A DNA stretch of 64,000 bases. Source: Candidatus Moraniibacteriota bacterium (lineage in GTDB: Bacteria; Patescibacteriota; Minisyncoccia; Moranbacterales; UBA1568). The translations under genes and the position numbers were made by a program. The stretch is taken from positions 433,706-497,705 of the forward strand of contig CAVURJ010000002.1 in the NCBI GenBank assembly GCA_963743885.1, written 5' to 3'. Shown piece by piece: positions 56,212-64,000 of the stretch (positions are counted from its first letter, which is position 1; each line of letters opens with the position of its first letter). The notes under the pieces were generated by a model. That model did not search any database. It had not been told where the DNA came from and saw nothing but the letters and a program-made list of their open reading frames with translations.

Positions 56212-56888
56212 AGATTGGGTGGGAGAAAAAGAAACATACCCTCAGCCCCGGCCATTTCCTGATCTGATTTGGCATATTGTATATTTAAACAATTTGATAC
56301 AGCTCTAACTCCTTCGCTATATACAATATTACCTTTATCTCCGGATTGTTCCATGCGCTGCGAAATCAGACTTATTGCCCTTTTAAATTCGTCCGGGATA
56401 CCATATCCAATATCTCTTATGCAATAAAATGGGTTAAGATCGTCAAAGAACCAATCATTATTTTCATATATGAAACCAGCATAGCGCCGCAAGCTGCTCT
56501 CTCCATTTTTACATTCGACCACAGAACAATCTCGTATCGTTTGAATCGCATATCCTTTACCGTCTCTTACAACCGCGCTATTTTCAACAAAAGCAAGATT
56601 CCCCGACTTATCATTAAGTTTTAAATATATCTCTCTAGAGATTTTCTGTTTCGCTTCATTCGTAAAATATAAATCGTATATTTTCCCATAATCACCCCTA
56701 TCTGATAACTCAACCATCTCTTTAATTCTTTGCTCTAACTTGCCAGAATTCTGATCCAATACAATGGCTGGCGAGCTCGTTCTCATACTAGCCATAACAA
56801 TAATAGCGCCTCCAAGCGCCAAGAAAATCCACAGGAATATTTGAGTTGTTCTAATCTTCATAATGTTTACAAACAAAAAAAGAAACAA
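56139..56888 (-). CDS. Secreted/membrane-anchored hypothetical protein, 249 aa (nonsense-like C-terminal tail; possible frameshift into 55798-56211)
   Basis: N-terminal signal/TM helix. The last ~30 residues (MFLFLPPNLWMSMIFLFLRNIVPKMICSLRYC) look like out-of-frame read-through, and a T5 run sits at the junction. Confidence 0.35.
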   Translation of the reverse strand: MFLFLFVNIMKIRTTQIFLWIFLALGGAIIVMASMRTSSPAIVLDQNSGKLEQRIKEMVELSDRGDYGKIYDLYFTNEAKQKISREIYLKLNDKSGNLAFVENSAVVRDGKGYAIQTIRDCSVVECKNGESSLRRYAGFIYENNDWFFDDLNPFYCIRDIGYGIPDEFKRAISLISQRMEQSGDKGNIVYSEGVRAVSNCLNIQYAKSDQEMAGAEGMFLFLPPNLWMSMIFLFLRNIVPKMICSLRYC

Positions 56889-56993
56889 CGAAAGAAAAAA
56901 TCAAGAAAGTGTTTGTTTATGCCTCAAGTATATCATTTTCCCTTAAAAAAGGTACTTGACCCCTTTTCTTCTTGTTTTCTTCTCTCATAAAAT

Positions 56994-57512
56994 TTAAGAT
57001 TTTTCTTTGTTTACGCGCCCCATCAAGCCCATTGATAAATACCTTCGTTTTGCATTACAAAAAACAATATCATTGTTCAAAATGTCTTTTCTGAGTCCAT
57101 GGTACGCCATCCTCAAATTACAAGCGAAGTCTTCCAAGTTCAACATTATTTTCCCATTTGGTGTAGCTTCAAAATGATGCCCCGCTTTGTTTGCGTCAGT
57201 AAAAACATACGTTCCTCCTTCAGCATAAGAATGGACAAGTCCACAGCGAAGATCTTCCCATAATTTTTCAGAGTTATAATTCGGAAGATATTTTTCCGTA
57301 AAATTAATAAACCTCGCTCTTGAACCGCCTTTCACACTTCCCTTTTCCAAGCCAGCAAAAAACCCAGCCATAGCATCTATAAAACATGCTCCTAAAATAA
57401 AACCGGCCAGTTTAGCCTCTCCGGCAATTGATGCTCTTTCAATATCCCCATATTCCCAGCCAAGGAGATATTCGTCCAAAGTTTCCACTAATTTTTCTTT
57501 TGTGAGATTCAT
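56994..57512 (-). CDS. Hypothetical protein, 172 aa
   Basis: ORF in the AT-rich block. Confidence 0.3.
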   Translation of the reverse strand: MNLTKEKLVETLDEYLLGWEYGDIERASIAGEAKLAGFILGACFIDAMAGFFAGLEKGSVKGGSRARFINFTEKYLPNYNSEKLWEDLRCGLVHSYAEGGTYVFTDANKAGHHFEATPNGKIMLNLEDFACNLRMAYHGLRKDILNNDIVFCNAKRRYLSMGLMGRVNKEKS

Positions 57513-57518
57513 ATGAAT

Positions 57519-57863
57519 TTAGAAACGAGAGCGTCCTGCTCTTAAAATAGCAACAAATTCGGAAAGTCTAGAAGAGTCATCAACATACCCACCACTTGGG
57601 CCATCATTTGCAAATTGCCAATAACCCTCTTCACACCAAACAACACCGGTATTTATTGTCTTGCCTCCATCTATGTATACAACTTCAATATCACTCCCAA
57701 AATGAGGGATATCAAAGACCCGACAAACAACCGCGTCAATATACGGATAGACTTTCCCAATCGATATCCAACTTTTTGACTGTACCTGTGGTTTTTCGAT
57801 TAACACAATATAATTAAATAAATTATTTAGATTTGATAATAATTTCTGCCGCTTTTCCTGCAT
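57519..57863 (-). CDS. Hypothetical protein, 114 aa
   Basis: ORF in the AT-rich block. Confidence 0.3.
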   Translation of the reverse strand: MQEKRQKLLSNLNNLFNYIVLIEKPQVQSKSWISIGKVYPYIDAVVCRVFDIPHFGSDIEVVYIDGGKTINTGVVWCEEGYWQFANDGPSGGYVDDSSRLSEFVAILRAGRSRF

Positions 57864-58596
57864 TTTTCAGCAACTCTTTTGAAAGAATTGGCTCTTTTGT
57901 TTCTGAAATACTAGGTGCACAAAAAACATCTGCTGCTTTTTTCATAAATTCTTTTTTAATTTCCGTATTTATTGTATTTTCTTCAGACTCACTTGTTTCA
58001 CCAATACTCAAAAGTATATTGTGATACGTTTGCGCCAGTGTTTTCCTATTGGCATAGTCATTTCTCAACTTCACATAATACGAATATTGGGCAGCAGAAA
58101 ACCATACAGCGCTTATAAATATAAAATCCAAAATGTAAAATTCAAACCTTTCAAACCAAGGTTTTCCATTTGCTTGATGAAGCGCCCAAAAAAATGATCC
58201 CGCTAACGCAGAAAAAGAAAGAAAAATAACAACTAGCCAGTTTATAATACTTTTTTTATATTCCTCTTCTTGTTCCGCGTAAGCTTCAGCCATCTTTCTT
58301 AATTCTCTTTTATTTATCTCGCTCTGTTTTTGATTATTAGCCTCCTCGAGGGAAGAAACTTTTTTTATTAATTCTTCCTTCTCTACTTCCAATCCACTTA
58401 TCTTTAAACTAGAGTCCAACTCTTTATCAGAAATTCTTTTATCAAAATCAGACTTGGCATCCGTAAACGCTTGTTTGGAGGATACTAATTCCTCTTCAAG
58501 TTTAGAATTATCTTCTGATAATTTAGCGACTTGAGATTCTAGATTTCGTTTCTCATTTTGCAACTCTATATAAGAAGCTTTATATGCTTTACCCAT
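57823..58596 (-). CDS. Membrane protein with long N-terminal coiled-coil and two TM helices, 257 aa
   Basis: K/E-rich heptads then WLVVIFLSFSALAGSFFWALH and FYILDFIFISAVWFSAAQYSYY. Confidence 0.4.
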   Translation of the reverse strand: MGKAYKASYIELQNEKRNLESQVAKLSEDNSKLEEELVSSKQAFTDAKSDFDKRISDKELDSSLKISGLEVEKEELIKKVSSLEEANNQKQSEINKRELRKMAEAYAEQEEEYKKSIINWLVVIFLSFSALAGSFFWALHQANGKPWFERFEFYILDFIFISAVWFSAAQYSYYVKLRNDYANRKTLAQTYHNILLSIGETSESEENTINTEIKKEFMKKAADVFCAPSISETKEPILSKELLKNAGKAAEIIIKSK

Positions 58597-58602
58597 AAAA
58601 TT

Positions 58603-58632
58603 AGTTAAAAAGCGGGGCCAAAATGGCCCCGC
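58603..58632 (-). terminator. Terminator GCGGGGCC-AAAAT-GGCCCCGC + U-run downstream of dnaK
   Basis: 8-bp GC stem. On the minus strand it is followed by TTTTT. Confidence 0.65.
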
Positions 58633-58639
58633 TTATTAG

Positions 58640-60604
58640 TTACTTTTTCTCCTCGTCAGCTGGCTTGTTCCCTTCGACATGCTCAGGGCCGTTGGCTTCG
58701 GCTGCGGGCTCGGTTTCAGCATCTTTAGGCTGCTCTGTAGCACCCGAGGCTCCGGCTTCGCCTGTACCCTGTCCACTATCCCCTGTACCCTGTGGTGCGG
58801 CTTGTGCCGCGGCATACAGTTTCTCGCCAATCTTCTGGGCTGCCTGGGAGAGGGCTTCGGTCGCCTTCTTGATCACTTCGAGGTCGTCGCCATTCTTCAC
58901 TTTGGCGAGCTCAGCGATAGCATCTTCGACCGGCTTCTTCTCTTCGGCTGTCAGCTTGTCGCCCGCATCCTTCATTGCCTTTTCGGTCGTATAGGAGAGC
59001 GTGTCAGCCATGTTGCGCGCTTCGATCAGTTCCTTCTTACGCTTGTCTTCCTCGGCGTGGAGCTCGGCATCCTTCTTCATGCGCTCGATCTCATCCTTGG
59101 AAAGTCCAGTGGACGCTTCGATGCGGATGTTCTGAGACTTACTGGTCGCCTTGTCCTTGGCCGTGACGGTCAGGATGCCGGAGGCGTCGATGTCGAAGGT
59201 TACCTCGACCTGTGGCACGCCGCGCGGAGCGGGAGCGATGCCATCGAGGATGAATTGTCCGAGCGACTTGTTGTCACCTGCCATCTCGCGCTCGCCCTGG
59301 AGCACATGGATCTGCACGGACGGCTGGTTGTCAGCCGCGGTCGAGAAGACCTGGGAGCGCGATACCGGCACAGTCGTATTGCGGTCGATGAGCGGCGTAC
59401 GCACACCACCGAGCGTCTCGATACCGAAGGTGAGCGGGGTCACATCGAGGAGGAGCACATCCTTCACGCTGCCCTCGAGCACACCACCCTGGATGGCCGC
59501 GCCGGCGGCGACGACTTCATCCGGATTGACGGTGATGTTCGGCTTCTTGCCGAAGAACTTCTCGACGCTTGCGAGCACGAGCGGCATACGGGTCATACCA
59601 CCGACCAGCACCACTTCGTTGATGTCGCTCGGGGAGAGCTTGGCATCAGCGAGGGCTTTCTTCACTGGCTCAAAAGTCGCCTCCACCAGGTCATGCACCA
59701 GCTCCTCGAGCTTGGCGCGGGTCATCTTGATGAGGAGGTGCTTCGGACCATTGGCATCGCTCGTGATGAACGGCTGGTTGATCTCGGTATCCTGCGCGGT
59801 CGAGAGTTCGATCTTGGCCTTCTCGGCGGATTCCTTGATGCGCTGGAGCGCGAGCGGATCGCGGCCTAGGTCGATGCCTTCCTGCTTCTTGAACTCACCC
59901 AAGATCCAGTGGATGATGCGCTGGTCGAAGTCGTCACCACCTAAGTGTGTATCACCGTTGGTCGATTTCACTTCGACGGTGTCCTCGGCTACTTCCAGGA
60001 TGGAGATATCGAAGGTACCGCCACCGAGGTCATACACGGCGATCTTCTCGTCTTTCTTCTTGTTGAAACCATAGGCGAGCGCGGCCGCGGTCGGCTCGTT
60101 GATGATGCGGCGGACATTGAAGCCAGCGATCGTGCCTGCCTCCATGGTCGCCTTGCGCTGCGAGTCGTCGAAATACGCCGGGACGGTGATGACGGCATCG
60201 GTGATCTTCTCTCCGAGCTTCTCTTCGGCATCGGCCTTCAGCTTGGCGAGGATCATAGCGGAGATCTCCTGCGGTGTGTATTCCTTGCCGCCCATGACGA
60301 TCTTCACGCCTTCACCGGCCTGGATGATCTTGTACGGGAGGGTCTTCGCGTCGCGGCTTACTTCCTCGTCATTGAAATGACGGCCGATCAAGCGCTTCAC
60401 GGAGAAGAGCGTGTTTTCCGGGTTGGTCACGCCCTGGCGCTTGGCCAGGAGGCCCACCAGGCGCTCACCGGTCTTGGAGATAGCCACCATCGACGGGGTC
60501 GTGCGGTTGCCTTCCTTGTTCTCAAGGATGGTCGGGCTGCCACCCTCCACCACGGCCATGCAGGAGTTAGTTGTTCCCAAATCGATACCTAAGATCTTGC
60601 TCAT
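58640..60604 (-). CDS. dnaK: Molecular chaperone DnaK (Hsp70), 654 aa
   Basis: [22 protein letters not shown]..., [12 protein letters not shown], and a C-terminal EEKK tail: canonical Hsp70. Confidence 0.95.
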   Translation of the reverse strand: MSKILGIDLGTTNSCMAVVEGGSPTILENKEGNRTTPSMVAISKTGERLVGLLAKRQGVTNPENTLFSVKRLIGRHFNDEEVSRDAKTLPYKIIQAGEGVKIVMGGKEYTPQEISAMILAKLKADAEEKLGEKITDAVITVPAYFDDSQRKATMEAGTIAGFNVRRIINEPTAAALAYGFNKKKDEKIAVYDLGGGTFDISILEVAEDTVEVKSTNGDTHLGGDDFDQRIIHWILGEFKKQEGIDLGRDPLALQRIKESAEKAKIELSTAQDTEINQPFITSDANGPKHLLIKMTRAKLEELVHDLVEATFEPVKKALADAKLSPSDINEVVLVGGMTRMPLVLASVEKFFGKKPNITVNPDEVVAAGAAIQGGVLEGSVKDVLLLDVTPLTFGIETLGGVRTPLIDRNTTVPVSRSQVFSTAADNQPSVQIHVLQGEREMAGDNKSLGQFILDGIAPAPRGVPQVEVTFDIDASGILTVTAKDKATSKSQNIRIEASTGLSKDEIERMKKDAELHAEEDKRKKELIEARNMADTLSYTTEKAMKDAGDKLTAEEKKPVEDAIAELAKVKNGDDLEVIKKATEALSQAAQKIGEKLYAAAQAAPQGTGDSGQGTGEAGASGATEQPKDAETEPAAEANGPEHVEGNKPADEEKK

Positions 60605-60795
60605 ATTCGTAATTATTAGTCAGTTAACGGGTTAACGCGTTAACGAGTTTATTAATGCGATGAATTAGATAATTTACTATCCAGTTAACGGGTTTGTAAG
60701 AGTCCGAACACCGAATTAACGGGTTAACGGGTTCTTAAGAAACCAACTAACAGGTTACTGTGTTAACGAGTTTATTAATGCGATGAATTAAATGC

Positions 60796-61188
60796 TTATT
60801 TACGTTGGATAAATTCTTTTTCTTTTCTTTTTTTCTCGAGATAACTGATGAATGCTCCTATTTGACCGGAAAGTTTTTCCAACTCATCCATAATTCTGTC
60901 AAAATCCTTCTTTGCGACGTATCCGATAGCGAATGCTATATGCATCTGATTTCTTGTCTCTCCCGCCGAGCCCTTGGCTATCTTCAGGAAACGGATGAAT
61001 TCATTGTTATTGTTCTTCTCAAATCCCTCGACTATATTGGAACTGACTGACACTATAGCTCTCTGTATCTGATCTCTCAGACCGAAGTCTTTGGCAAACT
61101 TTCCTTGTGATGTAATATCGTATACATCCTTTGTCAAAGCCAAACTCGATTTCCAAATGTTCAGCTCTTCGAATTTTTGTATTTTCAT
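60796..61188 (-). CDS. Four-helix-bundle protein (23S rRNA intervening-sequence protein family), 130 aa
   Basis: FEELNIWKSSLALTKDVYDIT..FAKDFGLRDQIQRAIVSVSSNIVEGFEKNNNNEFIRFLKIAKGSAGETRNQMHIAFAIGYV matches the TIGR02436-type signature. Confidence 0.75.
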   Translation of the reverse strand: MKIQKFEELNIWKSSLALTKDVYDITSQGKFAKDFGLRDQIQRAIVSVSSNIVEGFEKNNNNEFIRFLKIAKGSAGETRNQMHIAFAIGYVAKKDFDRIMDELEKLSGQIGAFISYLEKKRKEKEFIQRK

Positions 61189-61297
61189 AACAACGTATCA
61201 GTTGTTCGGTTAACGAGTTCACGAGTTAACGGGTTGGGAATACAGACCTTGCATTTAATTAAACTCGTTAGCCCGTTAACGCGTTAACATATTAATT

Positions 61298-61849
61298 TTA
61301 ACGGACGATTACTCTTGCTGCTCGTATTACTTTGTCTCCGAGGCGGTAGCCTTTTTGGATGACTTTGGAGATTTGGTGATTGCTTTCTTCCTGTTCACTG
61401 TTCACTGCTGACTGTTCACTGTCTATGGCCTCGTGAATGGTAGGGTCGAACGCCTCCCCTTCCTTCGCTTCGATCGTCTGCATACCATTGTCAGTGAGGA
61501 CGGTCTCGAGCTGCTTCTCGATGTATTGGATGCCGACCACCCACGGGCTCTCCTTCTGTTCAGCCGGCACGTGCATCGTGGCGGAGCGGAAATTGTCGAG
61601 GACTGGGATGATATCGAGCACGAGCTTCTCTATCAGGTATCCGCCGAGCTCCTTCTGGGATTCCGCCTGGCGCTTCTTGTAGTTCTCGAAGTCCGCCTGG
61701 CAGCGCTTGAGATCGTTCAGATACTCTTCGGCCTTCGACTGCCACTCCGATTCTTCCTTCATTTCTTCGGTAATGGTCGTCGGCTCATCTGTATCAATAA
61801 TCTTCTCGTCGCCTGACTCTTCGACTTCTTGTTTCTTTTTGTGCGGCAT
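61298..61849 (-). CDS. grpE: Nucleotide exchange factor GrpE, 183 aa
   Basis: Coiled-coil N-terminus, then ..VLDNFRSATMHV.., FDPTIHEAI and GYRLGDKVIRAARVIV. Confidence 0.9.
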   Translation of the reverse strand: MPHKKKQEVEESGDEKIIDTDEPTTITEEMKEESEWQSKAEEYLNDLKRCQADFENYKKRQAESQKELGGYLIEKLVLDIIPVLDNFRSATMHVPAEQKESPWVVGIQYIEKQLETVLTDNGMQTIEAKEGEAFDPTIHEAIDSEQSAVNSEQEESNHQISKVIQKGYRLGDKVIRAARVIVR

Positions 61850-62006
61850 AGGCTTCTTATATAAATTCTAAACTCAAAATTACAAGCTCCAAATAAATCT
61901 CAAATCCGAAATTCAAACTTTTGAAATTGTGATTTTTGATTTATTTGGAAATTGGGATTTTGGATTTTGACATTTGACAGCTCGCTACGATTACCGACTC
62001 TCTTCA

Positions 62007-62750
62007 TCAGGAAAATGGGATAAAAAGGACAAGTATCAACGATGAGGAGAGCAGTTTCTTCATGTATTCGATCAGGGACTTATTCTTGGCGTACTCCATG
62101 CGCTTGGGACCGATGATAGCGAGCATACCGCGCTCACCTTCTTTGTTCTCATATGGCGCAACGATCATGGAGCAATTGTCGATACCGGAGATAGGGTTCT
62201 CGTCGCCGATGAAGATGCGGGTCTCACCGCTCTTCAGCTTGACCATGACGTCGTCGAGCTTCTCATCGAGCGAGTCGAGCGTCTCCACCAGACGGCAGAG
62301 CTCGTCGATCTCCTGGAACTCCGGCTTCTCGATGAGTTCCTTCATGCCGAAGTCATAGAGCTCGTCGCGGCCGATGATGCCGGAGACAGCCAGGTTGCCC
62401 GAGAGCGCCGAGAGGAGCTTGGCGGTGCTGCGACCCATGCGGGTCTGCTTGGCCTTCATCACGAGAAGCTCTTTCTGGAGCTTGCGCTGATCCTCGCGGG
62501 AAAGGTCCTCATCACCCATCATCTCTTCGACATACAGGCGATAGCCCTGATCGGTCGGGATGCGGCCGGCGGACGTGTGCGGCTGGTAGAGGTAGCCCTC
62601 CTCCTCGAGCGCCACCATATCGTTCCGAAGCGTCGCCGAAGACACCGGGAACTCGAAGTGCTCAAGGAGCGCCTGCGAGCCGACTGGCAGCGCGGTCTTG
62701 GTATACAGCTCGACGATGGCCGAGAGGACTTGTTTTTGACGAGAGTTCAT
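62007..62750 (-). CDS. hrcA: Heat-inducible transcription repressor HrcA (short form), 247 aa
   Basis: MNSRQKQVLSAIVELYTKTALPVGSQALLEHFEFPVSSATLRNDMVALEEEGYLYQPHTSAGRIPTDQGYRLYV. Confidence 0.85.
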   Translation of the reverse strand: MNSRQKQVLSAIVELYTKTALPVGSQALLEHFEFPVSSATLRNDMVALEEEGYLYQPHTSAGRIPTDQGYRLYVEEMMGDEDLSREDQRKLQKELLVMKAKQTRMGRSTAKLLSALSGNLAVSGIIGRDELYDFGMKELIEKPEFQEIDELCRLVETLDSLDEKLDDVMVKLKSGETRIFIGDENPISGIDNCSMIVAPYENKEGERGMLAIIGPKRMEYAKNKSLIEYMKKLLSSSLILVLFIPFS

Positions 62751-62881
62751 AGGGAAGCCGGTATTATGTATCCGGTATTATGTATCATGTATAAGATGCG
62801 AGATTCTTCGCTTCGCTCAGAATGACCAAAATTACAAATTTTCGGATCATTCGTATCGATATATACAGTATAAAATATGGT

Positions 62882-62908
62882 TTAGCAGTCGTCAAGAGAG
62901 AGTGCTAA
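62882..62908. promoter_or_regulatory. CIRCE operator TTAGCAGTC-N9-GAGTGCTAA
   Basis: One mismatch to the TTAGCACTC-N9-GAGTGCTAA consensus; ~130 nt upstream of the hrcA start. Confidence 0.8.
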
Positions 62909-63049
62909 TATAACAGGGTTTAGGGTATAGAGATATAAGCCAAAGGGACTAGATCCCGGGTCCCTCCATAGGCGGGCAGGCAGGCCCGGGATGACAAAAA
63001 AGAAAGTTTTGTAATTTAAGGTTTAATGGTATTTAAAAGATAGAAAAGG

Positions 63050-63085
63050 GAAAAGCCAGGGCGCGTTGCGCTCCTGGCTTCATTC
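63050..63085 (-). terminator. Terminator GCCAGGAGCGC-AACG-GCGCCCTGGC + U-rich tail after the Cys-rich ORF cluster
   Basis: On the minus strand the hairpin is followed by TTTTCCCTTTTCTATCTTTT, downstream of the stop at 63102. Confidence 0.5.
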
Positions 63086-63101
63086 GGTCAAACGGGTGAG
63101 T

Positions 63102-63338
63102 TCACCCGCAATTCTTGCGCTTCTCACGGGCACACTTTCCCCGCTTGGCCTCGCTACAGCACTTCTGACAGCTGGTAGGGTCATACCACTGAGCGATCTC
63201 AACGTGGGTATTCAAGTCTGGAAATCGCGGGCAGAAGACATCCTGCTCGTTGGTGTAACCCTCAGGAACCTCCGCGCGCTGGATGGCGGCGGAAACTTCG
63301 GGTGCTACTGCGACAGCTGTACTTGCTGGCATTTTCAA
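63102..63338 (-). CDS. Cys-rich small protein paralog A, 78 aa
   Basis: ..FCPRFPDLNTHVEIAQWYDPTSCQKCCSEAKRGKC..; shares the [FY]CP...C..CC pattern with the two ORFs upstream. Confidence 0.35.
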   Translation of the reverse strand: MKMPASTAVAVAPEVSAAIQRAEVPEGYTNEQDVFCPRFPDLNTHVEIAQWYDPTSCQKCCSEAKRGKCAREKRKNCG

Positions 63339-63393
63339 CCCCTTGGAATAGTTGGTTGGCTGTTTTCTCTCTGTCGGGGTCGGATATATGCGG

Positions 63394-63687
63394 CTAATGC
63401 TGGCCGCCGTATTTCGAATTGCAGCAACGCTGACTCTGATAGCACCTGCTACATGAAGCCTCCGGATTCATGCCGTTGAAATGCGCCCTCGCGATCTTCG
63501 CGATACCACCCTCGATGCGGATCGTCGGGCAATAGACGGGATCGTCAGGAAGCGGTATCGGCCCGATGACCGAAATCACCGGTACCGGAAACGGCTTTTC
63601 CGGAAAACCACCGCACTCACAGACGTTCCACACGGAGTGCAGAAACGGTTTTCCTGGATCAATCCCGACAACAACGCTTTGACTCAT
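63394..63687 (-). CDS. Cys-rich small protein paralog B, 97 aa
   Basis: ..YCPTIRIEGGIAKIARAHFNGMNPEASCSRCYQSQRCC.. Confidence 0.35.
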   Translation of the reverse strand: MSQSVVVGIDPGKPFLHSVWNVCECGGFPEKPFPVPVISVIGPIPLPDDPVYCPTIRIEGGIAKIARAHFNGMNPEASCSRCYQSQRCCNSKYGGQH

Positions 63688-63711
63688 GCGAATCTCCTTT
63701 TCCGGAAAACT

Positions 63712-63975
63712 TCAATGATGCTCGAGACTGCTTTGCATCTTCTCGGCCAACTTACTGCACTCGTCATGCAAATCGCAGTGCGTGCAAGCCGGATCTCTGC
63801 AGCAGTACTTCTCGGCAGCTTCCGGAAGCGGTATGGTGTGGCGATGGACAGGACAATACTCTCCTGGCTCGCTGTTCTCGCTAAACCCCTGGAAAGACTC
63901 TTCGTTGACATTGGCCCTATCGACCAATCCTGCCGGACCGATCGGGACATTTCCTACTCGTAGTGACATGATCAA
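63712..63975 (-). CDS. Cys-rich small protein paralog C, 87 aa
   Basis: ..YCPVHRHTIPLPEAAEKYCCRDPACTHCDLHDEC.. Confidence 0.35.
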   Translation of the reverse strand: MIMSLRVGNVPIGPAGLVDRANVNEESFQGFSENSEPGEYCPVHRHTIPLPEAAEKYCCRDPACTHCDLHDECSKLAEKMQSSLEHH

Positions 63976-64000
63976 GCTCCTTCGTTTCTAGTGGACATTC

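Noticed and set aside
61860-62000. Second CIRCE element between hrcA and grpE
   Set aside because: The AT-rich inverted repeats present there (CCAAATAAATCTCAAATC / GATTTTTGATTTATTTGG) do not match TTAGCACTC/GAGTGCTAA. They fit the heptad-periodic tract family instead.

Overview
Reading by eye, the 64 kb window splits into three parts: (A) 1-27950, a phage or prophage module; (B) 28450-50100, host genes; and (C) 50100-58600, a repeat-punctuated accessory island. Region A is almost entirely on the minus strand and runs: terminase small and large subunits, portal, scaffold, major capsid, several large structural proteins, and a tail-fibre gene that runs off the left edge. Right of these sit many small Cys/zinc-ribbon early genes, a RusA resolvase, a membrane protein carrying a 27-bp x ~24.5 in-frame tandem repeat array, and a wHTH replication initiator with internal iteron-like repeats. 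A ~112-bp element (body + GC hairpin + U-run + 8-9 nt + ATG) recurs three times between late genes, two copies 100% identical. A plus-strand moron (signal-peptidase-I-like gene plus a small membrane protein, with its own promoter) interrupts the minus-strand module right after one copy. No integrase is visible. Region B holds: GGDEF cyclase; a standalone Cas4-like PD-(D/E)XK nuclease; hemerythrin; a CsoR/RcnR-like repressor with a membrane-fusion protein and an RND pump (consensus promoter plus palindromic operator); DUF2892; a ~360-bp nested inverted-repeat element; tRNA-Gln; a MYG1-like hydrolase; a SpoT-like HD small alarmone hydrolase; ftsE/ftsX; prfB with the canonical CTT TGA C +1 frameshift; tRNA-Thr; an HNH endonuclease; a LuxI/GNAT-like ORF behind a perfect sigma70 promoter; DsbA-like, 2Fe-2S, and engB genes; and a ~390-bp unassigned non-coding block. 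At the right edge lie the hrcA(CIRCE)-grpE-[four-helix-bundle insertion]-dnaK heat-shock operon and three paralogous Cys-rich small ORFs. Region C is a set of minus-strand genes (PaaX-family regulator, Nudix-nucleoside phosphorylase/AMP-nucleosidase-like fusion, NADAR, several unknowns, and an HExxH peptidase-like gene with a possible frameshift in an AT-rich block). Each gene is bracketed by two modular repeats: R2 is a terminator palindrome plus a TACGTAATcAATTACGTA box, and R1 is a promoter-like element overlapping a TGACGGCCGTCA palindrome. I propose this as a candidate PaaX-like-repressed ADP-ribose/nucleotide-processing regulon. Tandem heptamer and octamer repeat tracts also sit immediately upstream of several housekeeping start codons. 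All functional calls come from motif recognition, not database searches.
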